Source: a virus. From it: a stretch of 58,933 nucleotides of DNA. The position numbers and the translations under genes are program-made. The stretch lies in the IMG/VR virus record IMGVR_UViG_3300028831_000111, positions 1 through 58,933 of that record; one strand, 5' to 3'. This document shows, piece by piece, positions 32,710 to 39,267 of the stretch; position 1 is the stretch's first letter, and each line of letters opens with the position of its first letter. The notes under the pieces are model-generated. The model ran no database searches. It saw only the letters and a list, made by a program, of their open reading frames with translations, and was not told the origin of the DNA.

Positions 32710-32779
32710 GGCTGCCTCCCGGGCAATGGGTCTGGGCTGGTGGGGTTTCAGGGAGGTCTTGCCCTCCCTGGCATGACTA

Positions 32780-32808
32780 ACACTAGTGGACTTGACGAGT
32801 CTTGTCAA
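32780..32808 (-). promoter_or_regulatory. Promoter TTGACA-N17-TAGTGT
   Basis: Consensus -35. Followed by a 5'-UTR hairpin at 32749-32770. Confidence 0.6.
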
Positions 32809-32818
32809 GTGATGCGAC

Positions 32819-33508
32819 TTACTTTTCTTCGCTGATCCTGCGGGACATGTACTGCTGGAACGCCTCGGGCGACGACTCCGCCCACTCCTCCTCGGTCAGC
32901 TCTTCACCGTCGATGTCCTCGACCGTCTTCGAGGGGAGGGCCTTGGCGCGGTCGGAGTCCTCCAGCAGTTCCAAGATCTCGTCGGCGGTCCAGCCGTCGG
33001 CAAGCGCCTCCGACATCCAGCCGGGCAGGTCACCGTCATAGACCTCACCCTCGCCGTACGCGGGTGCGGTGTACGAGTACTTCGGGGCGGGCAGGGCGGG
33101 CAGGTCCAGGCCGGGCGCCTCCGACCACGGCTTGTCGCCGAAGAAGCCACCCAAGCTCTCGTCGTGGAACTGCGAACCGGTCCAGACGCTGGCCTTCGGC
33201 TTCAAGGGTGGCAGCGGGGTCGCGAACGCCCACCGCACGGTGACCATCCCGATGCCGAGAACCCACACGTCGGCAACAGGGTCACCGGCGGAGCGGTCGG
33301 AGGGCAGCACCGTAACGTCGACCAACGGTCGCTCATAGCTGGTCAGGCGCAGGTCGACCGCGCCAAGGATGTCCGTCTTGAAGCCGAAGCTGATCTGGTA
33401 GTCAAGATCACGGACGCGGGCGCTCACGCCGCGCACTTCGAAGTAGGTTCCCGGGATCGGGGTCCAGGTGGGCTTCAGCGGAACGGTCCCCTTGAGAGTT
33501 TCGGGCAT
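32819..33508 (-). CDS. Hypothetical protein, acidic C-terminus
   Basis: ATG at 33508 after CCAGGGAGGCCGCC. Confidence 0.7.
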   Translation of the reverse strand: MPETLKGTVPLKPTWTPIPGTYFEVRGVSARVRDLDYQISFGFKTDILGAVDLRLTSYERPLVDVTVLPSDRSAGDPVADVWVLGIGMVTVRWAFATPLPPLKPKASVWTGSQFHDESLGGFFGDKPWSEAPGLDLPALPAPKYSYTAPAYGEGEVYDGDLPGWMSEALADGWTADEILELLEDSDRAKALPSKTVEDIDGEELTEEEWAESSPEAFQQYMSRRISEEK

Positions 33509-33603
33509 GGCGGCCTCCCTGGCGCGATGGTTTGTTGGGGGTGAGGGGAGAGGCGGTACCTTTTCGGCCAATGCCGCGACCACATCCCCTCACATCCCGA
33601 ACA

Positions 33604-34092
33604 CTACCCCTCTTGCATCGCCTTGTCAAGGGCTTCCTGCCTGCGGTTCGGGTGAGGGTAGACCTCCCAGCGGCCCCGAACCGACTGCTCCGTCAGACCC
33701 TCGCCGTCCGGCGTGCTGACTAGGATGCCCTCCTGCTCCAACTGCGAGACCCGCTGCCGTGACACCCCGAGAATGTGTACGGCGTGACCTCGCGGTACGA
33801 CCGGGTTGCCGTAGCCAACCAGCCGGTACACCTGCTGACCGACCGGCGTGGACCAGAAGTCTGCCTCACCCTCGTCGGGGAACCCGCCCATGACCTCACG
33901 CAGCATCAGCGCGGTCCCCTCGTAGTCTTGCTCCAGTTCCGTCACGATCCGCTGCGCGGCGGTGTGCAGGTACGTCGGGAACGCCTCATCAGGGGCGCCG
34001 AGGATGCGATCCACAAGACCAGCATGGAACCTGGCGAACTCTTCGATCTGCTCCACGGCTCCGGCCATGCTGAGCGAATGCGTGACTTCCAT
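33604..34092 (-). CDS. DNA-binding protein with a C-terminal HTH (candidate regulator)
   Basis: HTH-like AVHILGVSRQRVSQLEQEGIL. ATG at 34092 lies 6 nt after AAAGGGA. In the leftward operon of the divergent promoter pair. Confidence 0.6.
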   Translation of the reverse strand: MEVTHSLSMAGAVEQIEEFARFHAGLVDRILGAPDEAFPTYLHTAAQRIVTELEQDYEGTALMLREVMGGFPDEGEADFWSTPVGQQVYRLVGYGNPVVPRGHAVHILGVSRQRVSQLEQEGILVSTPDGEGLTEQSVRGRWEVYPHPNRRQEALDKAMQEG

Positions 34093-34156
34093 GATCATCC
34101 CTTTCAAAGACCGAGACCCCCCGACGTCCGCCGGGGGGTACTCAACACTCAGTAAT

Positions 34157-34345
34157 TCAGACGCGAATGCGGTGCCGCGCCACGTGCGAGGAGCGGCCAG
34201 GGTGCACCACTCGGGCGATGCGGCTCACGTGGTGGCGAACCTTGCGGACCACGTGGGGGTGCTTCTCCTCGGGGACCACCAGGTAAGTGACCCACGCCAA
34301 GATGATGTTGGAGTTGATGATGGCCAGTTCGATGATGATGCCCAC
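34157..34345 (-). CDS. Small membrane protein with a basic tail (62 aa)
   Basis: GTG at 34345 after AAAGGAG. Sequence GIIIELAIINSNIILAWVTYLVV, then a His/Arg-rich tail. Very high GC3. Confidence 0.6.
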   Translation of the reverse strand: MGIIIELAIINSNIILAWVTYLVVPEEKHPHVVRKVRHHVSRIARVVHPGRSSHVARHRIRV

Positions 34346-34396
34346 GGCAGGCTCCTTTAGCCCTGGTTCCAAAGGTGGTCTGTCTTGCTGGGAAGT

Positions 34397-34426
34397 ACAC
34401 TAGCCGGTCTTGCGTCGCTGTGTCAA
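34397..34426 (-). promoter_or_regulatory. Promoter TTGACA-N18-TAGTGT (leftward)
   Basis: Consensus -35. Back-to-back with the rightward promoter at 34462-34490. Confidence 0.6.
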
Positions 34427-34461
34427 GCCCTGTTTTGCAGGGGAAACCTAATCCGTAGGAC

Positions 34462-34490
34462 TTGACAGGAAAGTGCAAGCCTTGTAGAGT
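34462..34490 (+). promoter_or_regulatory. Promoter TTGACA-N17-TAGAGT (rightward; start of the plus-strand island)
   Basis: Consensus hexamers. Leader ends GAAGGAGAACGCC-ATG. Confidence 0.65.
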
Positions 34491-34532
34491 ATGCCTCACG
34501 CCCCGCAGGAGAACAAGCCGAAGGAGAACGCC

Positions 34533-34997
34533 ATGTTGCACCTCACCCTCCCCGACGTTGACCAGATCCTGAGCGCAATGCACATGCTGCCGGAAGAGAA
34601 CCGGCTGCCGGGCCTGATGGAAAGGATCACCGCCGAGCGGGACCGCCTGGCAGACGTGGCTGCGAGGGTTGCGCAGGCCGCCGCCAACCAGGCGAAGCGG
34701 CAGGCGAACCTGGAGTACGTCACGAACGAGATCAAGCGTGGTGACGTCGTGGAGTACAGCATTGAGTGGAAGAAGGGTCAGGGGAGGAACTTCACCTCCG
34801 GCACGGCGGTGCGCCGGATGCGCGTGGAGAGTGCGGAGCTGTGGAGGGACCGCTTTGGCAAGACGATGGTGAACCTGACCGGCGTGGTGTTGAAGAAGGA
34901 CGGGACGGCGCACGGAAAGTTGAACAGCCCGTGGTCGGGGACGAAGCGGGAGTACGGCGTCAGCCCGGCCGACGTCACGCTGATCACGGCCGCGTAA
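34533..34997 (+). CDS. Hypothetical protein (154 aa)
   Basis: ATG at 34533 after GAAGGAG. Confidence 0.75.
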   Translation: MLHLTLPDVDQILSAMHMLPEENRLPGLMERITAERDRLADVAARVAQAAANQAKRQANLEYVTNEIKRGDVVEYSIEWKKGQGRNFTSGTAVRRMRVESAELWRDRFGKTMVNLTGVVLKKDGTAHGKLNSPWSGTKREYGVSPADVTLITAA

Positions 34998-35002
34998 GCC
35001 CT

Positions 35003-35044
35003 GCATACAAGGGCTTGACAAGAAGCTGCAAGCCCTTGTATGCT
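35003..35044 (+). promoter_or_regulatory. Composite palindrome-promoter: 15-bp perfect inverted repeat containing TTGACA-N18-TATGCT
   Basis: gcatacaagggcttg-N11-caagcccttgtatgc starts 6 nt after the upstream stop. The -35 sits at the arm/loop junction and the -10 is in the right arm. Confidence 0.6.
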
Positions 35045-35080
35045 TAAGGCACACAAGTTGACGAGCCAGGGAGAACCGAA

Positions 35081-35296
35081 ATGCAGACCTTCCGCTTCGC
35101 AGTCACCGGCACCCGGAGCCACTCCTACGACCTGCGCACCACGGGTGCGGAGCGGTTCGACGGTGTTCGCGCCGAGATGGCCGCCATGTACGCCCCGGCT
35201 CGCCTGCGGAAGGCCCTGAAGAACGACGGTTACACCGGCCCGATCACCTGGACCACCCGAGGCGGCATGACCGTTACCGTCACCCGCGTTGCCTGA
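35081..35296 (+). CDS. Hypothetical protein (71 aa)
   Basis: ATG after GAGCCAGGGAGAACCGAA. Confidence 0.7.
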   Translation: MQTFRFAVTGTRSHSYDLRTTGAERFDGVRAEMAAMYAPARLRKALKNDGYTGPITWTTRGGMTVTVTRVA

Positions 35297-35312
35297 CCAG
35301 GAGGTTTCCACC

Positions 35313-35522
35313 ATGACCGCACACGAGCTTGCGAAGCTGCTGCTGACCTACCCCGACGTCCCGATGCGCGTCGCGCTGATCGGCGTCGAGGGTGGCATGG
35401 AGGTGGCGAACGTCGACTCCACCGAGGATGTCCGGTTGGAGATCCGCACCGACCAGCGGGGGAACCGCACCGTGACCGTTCTGGCCACCCTGGAGAACAT
35501 GGGGGAGGTGGTGTGGGCGTGA
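35313..35522 (+). CDS. Hypothetical protein (69 aa)
   Basis: ATG at 35313 after CCAGGAGG. Confidence 0.65.
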   Translation: MTAHELAKLLLTYPDVPMRVALIGVEGGMEVANVDSTEDVRLEIRTDQRGNRTVTVLATLENMGEVVWA

Positions 35523-35707
35523 CCGAGAACGTTCGGCAGATCGTGGAGGGGCTTCTCGCCGGGAAGGGCGTCGAACAGCTCATTGTCGATGCTCTGGTGC
35601 GTCGCCTTTCGGAACGAATGGAGCAGGTGCGCGTGGAAGCGCATGAGGACGGTTACCGCACCGGTCGGGCCGAAGGCTACGACCAGGGTTGGCGGTCCGC
35701 GAAGTAG
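35513..35707 (+). CDS. Hypothetical protein (64 aa)
   Basis: GTG after GGGGAGG. Overlaps the previous gene by 10 nt. Confidence 0.6.
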   Translation: MGVTENVRQIVEGLLAGKGVEQLIVDALVRRLSERMEQVRVEAHEDGYRTGRAEGYDQGWRSAK

Positions 35708-35710
35708 CTG

Positions 35711-35751
35711 CATAGGGGGCCTTGACAAGAATTAGCAAGGCCCCCTATGCT
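35711..35751 (+). promoter_or_regulatory. Composite palindrome-promoter: 14-bp perfect inverted repeat containing TTGACA-N18-TATGCT
   Basis: catagggggccttg-N11-caaggccccctatg starts 4 nt after the upstream stop. Confidence 0.6.
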
Positions 35752-35788
35752 GTATGGGTAAGCAAGACACGGAAACAAGGGAGCTGAC

Positions 35789-35944
35789 ATGGGCAACCTC
35801 GTACAGCGGGTCCGGCGGATCTACGACACGGCCCGCAACTACACCCGCCACATCAATCCGCTCCTGCTCTACGCCAGCGCGTTTTTCATCCTGGCCTGTG
35901 CCTATCTGGCGCTGTGCCTCTACATCTTCCGGAGTGCGTCATGA
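35789..35944 (+). CDS. 51-aa membrane protein
   Basis: ATG after AAGGGAG. High GC3, unlike the overlapping track ORF 35754..36182. Ends ...LCLYIFRSAS. Confidence 0.6.
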   Translation: MGNLVQRVRRIYDTARNYTRHINPLLLYASAFFILACAYLALCLYIFRSAS

Positions 35945-36081
35945 CCCAGAACCAGAAGGATCTCCTGTACTACGCACGAGCCGCCCGCCTCATCTTCATC
36001 AGCAACATGCTCACGATCGTTGCGTCGGGGTCCATGCTGACCGGCCTGGCCTGCGCCTACTTCTTCGGGAGTGCGTCATGA
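35941..36081 (+). CDS. 46-aa membrane protein (paralogue-like C-terminus)
   Basis: ATGA overlap with the previous gene. Ends ...CAYFFGSAS. Confidence 0.6.
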   Translation: MTQNQKDLLYYARAARLIFISNMLTIVASGSMLTGLACAYFFGSAS

Positions 36082-36182
36082 ACCGCCGGAGCGACCGGAC
36101 CCTTCTCGTTCTCGCACTTGTCCTTGGCGTCGGCACATTGGTGTGCTTCGCCCTGATGATCTACTACAGCCCTGCGCAGTAA
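36078..36182 (+). CDS. 34-aa membrane protein
   Basis: ATGA overlap. Sequence MNRRSDRTLLVLALVLGVGTLVCFALMIYYSPAQ. Confidence 0.55.
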   Translation: MNRRSDRTLLVLALVLGVGTLVCFALMIYYSPAQ

Positions 36183-36187
36183 GCCGG

Positions 36188-36294
36188 GGCCGTTGGCGTT
36201 CGGGCAGACCTTCGCCCGCTCCAGGTCGACATGGAGCGGCATCGAATTCTAGGACTCGGTGAGAAGGTGGGAGGTTCAAGACCTCCAACGGCTA
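36188..36294 (+). ncRNA. 107-nt tRNA-like element (acceptor-like plus T-arm-like helices, oversized core)
   Basis: GGCCGTT (36188-94) pairs with AACGGCT (36287-93). Adjacent to it is GGAGG-TTCAAGA-CCTCC (36270-86). Internal 8-bp hairpin CCGCTCCA/TGGAGCGG. Lies in a 149-nt ORF-free gap. Confidence 0.35.
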
Positions 36295-36331
36295 CGTAGG
36301 TACACCCACAGATGCCACAGGGAGGCACACC

Positions 36332-37441
36332 ATGGGTTCACGTATCGCTGTCATCGGCGGGTCGCTCACCGGCCCGTTCACTGCACTGGCCCTGCAAGAG
36401 GCTGGGTTCGACAACGTCACCGTGTATGAGGCGATGCCTCCGGCGGCGAGCCCGGCCGGGGGTGTGATCGGCCTGGATCACTTCTCGCTGGACGCGCTGG
36501 ACCGTCTCGGGGTGGAGCAGAGCGAATTCATCCCGTTCGACTCGGAGCAGGTCATCGCGATCAAGGTCCGGGACCGGTCCGTAGAGGGTCAGGTCCGCAC
36601 CATCTATCCGGGGCGCAACACCACCTGGAACGCCTTGCACGACGCGCTGACGTCGCGCCTTGACTGCATCGTCGGCGGGAAGCGGCTGACCGGGCTGACG
36701 CCTTCGAAGACCGGCATCGTCATGTCGTTCGCTGACGGCGAAGAGCGCGAAGTCGATTTGGTGGTTGGCGCCGACGGCCGCCGCTCCGGGGTCCGCAAGA
36801 TCGTTGACCCGACCCGCCGGTTGCGTTACGCCAGGTACGTTGCGCACCGGGGCAACCTCGCCGACTGCCCTCCCTCCCTGCGGGACTTCACCCGCTACGA
36901 GCCCGGCGGCACGCAGTTCAACCTGTTCCCCGTGGTCCGGGACGGCAAGGTGTGCGTCGACTGGACGTTCTACCTGAACGAGTCGCCGGAGGACTTCGAG
37001 CGGCACTACGGGGGGAAGCCGACGGTGCGGACGTTCGTCACGGCGGAACACATCACGGCGGAGGCCCGCGCACGGGTGGACGGGTTCGCTGAGCGGCTGC
37101 TGCCGGGCGCCGAGGCGGGGATCGTGGAGGGTACCGACGAGCGCGCGGCGGCCCCGGTAGTGGACATCGACATGCCGGAGCGGCTGGCGTGGAGCGTCGG
37201 GGGTGGCATGGTGGCACTTGTGGGGGACGCGGCGGCCCCGGTGCGCCCGCACACTGCCTCGGGTCTGAACAACGGCCTGCACGCGGCTACGGACCTTGTG
37301 GCGGCGTTGCGGCAGCATCAGCGTTGGGGGGCTGACCTCCAGGCGGCGTTTGCGGGGTGGGAGGCGCGTACGCTGCCCGCGCTGCAGGCGAAGGTATCTC
37401 AGGGTCCGATCTTGGGCCGGAAGTTGGGGTTGGGAAGTTGA
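36332..37441 (+). CDS. FAD-dependent (group A flavin) monooxygenase
   Basis: N-terminal Rossmann motif IAVIGGSLTGPFTALALQEAGFDNVTVYE and C-terminal GDAAAPVRPHTASGLNNGLHAATDL. Confidence 0.8.
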   Translation: MGSRIAVIGGSLTGPFTALALQEAGFDNVTVYEAMPPAASPAGGVIGLDHFSLDALDRLGVEQSEFIPFDSEQVIAIKVRDRSVEGQVRTIYPGRNTTWNALHDALTSRLDCIVGGKRLTGLTPSKTGIVMSFADGEEREVDLVVGADGRRSGVRKIVDPTRRLRYARYVAHRGNLADCPPSLRDFTRYEPGGTQFNLFPVVRDGKVCVDWTFYLNESPEDFERHYGGKPTVRTFVTAEHITAEARARVDGFAERLLPGAEAGIVEGTDERAAAPVVDIDMPERLAWSVGGGMVALVGDAAAPVRPHTASGLNNGLHAATDLVAALRQHQRWGADLQAAFAGWEARTLPALQAKVSQGPILGRKLGLGS

Positions 37442-37644
37442 CCTTCATAGAGGAAGTACGACCGGCCCGGGATGTCGACCCGGGATGGTCCGTCTGGATC
37501 AACCACGTGTGGCGGGAGGTGGATTTCGGGGTGCTGGTGCGGCGGTCGGACGGGTCGGAGAAGGTGACGTTGTACGACGCTGACGGGCTGGAGATCGAGG
37601 AGTGGCTGGCCGATGATCTCGTCACGGTGAGACGTAAGAAGTAG
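37438..37644 (+). CDS. Hypothetical protein (68 aa, TTG start)
   Basis: TTG overlaps the monooxygenase TGA (TTGA). High GC3. Confidence 0.5.
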   Translation: MTFIEEVRPARDVDPGWSVWINHVWREVDFGVLVRRSDGSEKVTLYDADGLEIEEWLADDLVTVRRKK

Positions 37645-37658
37645 CTGCTCAGGAGGGC

Positions 37659-37688
37659 TTGACAAGGCTAGTCTAGGTAAGTTAGGAT
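37659..37688 (+). promoter_or_regulatory. Promoter TTGACA-N18-TAGGAT
   Basis: Followed by the leader ACAACGAGCCGGGAGGC and the ATG at 37725. Confidence 0.6.
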
Positions 37689-37724
37689 GTATACATCAGC
37701 AAGACAACGAGCCGGGAGGCAGCG

Positions 37725-37841
37725 ATGACCAGCCAGGAGATCCTCGAAGCCCGTCAGGCCGCTCTCGCCGAGAGCCGCAAGGTCCGCGACGAGATCGGGG
37801 CCGACAACCTCCGCAAGCTGATCGACAGCCTGACCAAGTAA
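37725..37841 (+). CDS. 38-aa helical peptide
   Basis: MTSQEILEARQAALAESRKVRDEIGADNLRKLIDSLTK. Followed by a terminator. Confidence 0.5.
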   Translation: MTSQEILEARQAALAESRKVRDEIGADNLRKLIDSLTK

Positions 37842-37852
37842 ACACTTATCCA

Positions 37853-37878
37853 CCGCCGGGGGCTGAGGCCCCCGGCGG
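37853..37878 (+). terminator. Stem-loop terminator
   Basis: 11-bp stem ccgccgggggc / gcccccggcgg with a 4-nt loop. Confidence 0.6.
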
Positions 37879-37901
37879 ACCCACAAGCCAGGGAGTAGAA
37901 C

Positions 37902-38075
37902 ATGACCGACCGTCAGGCAGTCTTCCTCGACTCGTACGAGCGCGGCACCGTCGCTGACCTTGTCCGGGAGTACGTGAAGGGCCTCCAGCGTGGTGACATC
38001 ACCGTCGGCGGGCCAGAGGCGAACGTCGAAGAGATCGAGACCATGAGCGATGTCCTGAACCGGCTGGAGGGCTGA
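37902..38075 (+). CDS. Hypothetical protein (57 aa)
   Basis: ATG after CCAGGGAGTAGAAC. Confidence 0.55.
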   Translation: MTDRQAVFLDSYERGTVADLVREYVKGLQRGDITVGGPEANVEEIETMSDVLNRLEG

Positions 38076-38080
38076 TTGCC

Positions 38081-38302
38081 GTGTTCACCATCAGCCAGCG
38101 TTACGAAGTCGGGGCCTTCGCGTCGGGGGCGTTCACGAACCTCCTGGACTACGGCCGGTCGCTGGGCCTGGACATCCAAGACCGGCGTGACGGGGGGCTG
38201 TTCATCAAGCGAGGGACCGTCACGGCGACCGGCCGACAAGGTGACCTGCTGAAGTTCGGCCGCGCGTTCGACCGGCTGGTCTCGGCAACCAACGAGAGGT
38301 GA
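38081..38302 (+). CDS. Hypothetical protein (73 aa)
   Basis: GTG after GGAGGG. Confidence 0.6.
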   Translation: MFTISQRYEVGAFASGAFTNLLDYGRSLGLDIQDRRDGGLFIKRGTVTATGRQGDLLKFGRAFDRLVSATNER

Positions 38303-38310
38303 GGAACAAG

Positions 38311-38757
38311 ATGGACGGCGGAGTGGACTTGGCGTTGCGGAATCTCCGCGCTGCGATCGAAGCTGAGGTGCGCGCGGAGATATCGGACCCGGAGTATTCC
38401 TCGGCGCTGGCTGTCGCAATCTCGGAGCTGAACGAGACGACCGAGGCACTGCGGGACGCGAACGCGAAGGCGCAGCACTGGCACCGCAAGGCGATCGACT
38501 TCCGCAAGCGCGCCGATGTGCAGTGGTGGACGGAGACGGTTCGCCAGCGGGACGAGACGATCACGAAGCAGTTGGAGCTGATCAACTCGTTGACGGCCCG
38601 GCTCCGCCTGGTGGAGGCGCAACTGCGGGTGTCGGACCGGGAGAACGTGGACCTTCGCGCCGAGAACGCCGAGGTGAAGCGGAGCCTGAACTTCGCTACC
38701 GGCCTGCTGCAGGACTACCAGCAGACCGCCGAGCCGTGGCAGGCCAGCACCCCTTGA
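38311..38757 (+). CDS. Coiled-coil protein (148 aa)
   Basis: ATG at 38311 after GGTGAGGA. Heptad-like Ala/Glu/Arg/Leu-rich sequence. Confidence 0.65.
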   Translation: MDGGVDLALRNLRAAIEAEVRAEISDPEYSSALAVAISELNETTEALRDANAKAQHWHRKAIDFRKRADVQWWTETVRQRDETITKQLELINSLTARLRLVEAQLRVSDRENVDLRAENAEVKRSLNFATGLLQDYQQTAEPWQASTP

Positions 38758-38783
38758 CGTGCTACGTCAAGGGGTGCTACGTT
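38750..38783 (+). promoter_or_regulatory. Composite palindrome-promoter: 10-bp inverted repeat containing TTGACG-N18-TACGTT
   Basis: ccccttgacg-tgcta-cgtcaagggg spans the upstream stop codon. Confidence 0.5.
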
Positions 38784-38812
38784 GTACAGGTAGGCGATCC
38801 AGGGAGGCCATC

Positions 38813-39055
38813 ATGGAGAAGCAGTTCAAGGCGCACGGCCTGTCGGCCGAAGAGTCTTCGCAGGCATACGCGGCACTGAAGGAGCACTTCAACCTGCGCG
38901 CCCGCCAGCGCGACATGCTGGACGTCAGCCCCTCGTACTCGGCGACCCTGAACGCTGCGCACCGCCAGGACTGGGCCACCGCACTTGCCCTGCTGATTGA
39001 GGCGGGGATTGTCGATGAGACGGCCGCCTTCCTCGCTGGCTGGTTGCGGTTCTAG
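38813..39055 (+). CDS. Hypothetical protein (80 aa)
   Basis: ATG after CCAGGGAGGCCATC. Confidence 0.65.
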   Translation: MEKQFKAHGLSAEESSQAYAALKEHFNLRARQRDMLDVSPSYSATLNAAHRQDWATALALLIEAGIVDETAAFLAGWLRF

Positions 39056-39079
39056 ACTGGGACCCGCGAGGAACCGACA

Positions 39080-39118
39080 CAGAACACCCCCCACCAGAAG
39101 CTGGTGGGGGGTGTTCTG
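39080..39118. terminator. Bidirectional terminator between convergent units
   Basis: 18-bp perfect stem cagaacaccccccaccag / ctggtggggggtgttctg with a 3-nt loop. Confidence 0.8.
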
Positions 39119-39121
39119 TGT

Positions 39122-39265
39122 CTACGCCTTGGCGTACGAGCCGCCGCCCGCCCGCTTGATCATCACCTTGGCTTCGATCTCCGACTTCGCGAACCGCACG
39201 GCGCCGTCGGCAAGCGTCACCTTGAACGTGCCGGTTGCGCCTTTCGCCTGGTTACACGCGCACAT
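39122..39265 (-). CDS. 47-aa hypothetical protein
   Basis: ATG at 39265 after GGGGGAGAG, directly after the protease stop. Below the ORF-track cutoff. Confidence 0.5.
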   Translation of the reverse strand: MCACNQAKGATGTFKVTLADGAVRFAKSEIEAKVMIKRAGGGSYAKA

Positions 39266-39267
39266 GG

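Noticed and set aside
35754-36182. Single 142-aa ORF reported by the ORF track.
   Set aside because: Its first two thirds have poor third-position GC. The +1 frame resolves into three ATGA-coupled small membrane ORFs with high GC3 and an RBS before the first. Only the last 34 codons of the track ORF are kept.
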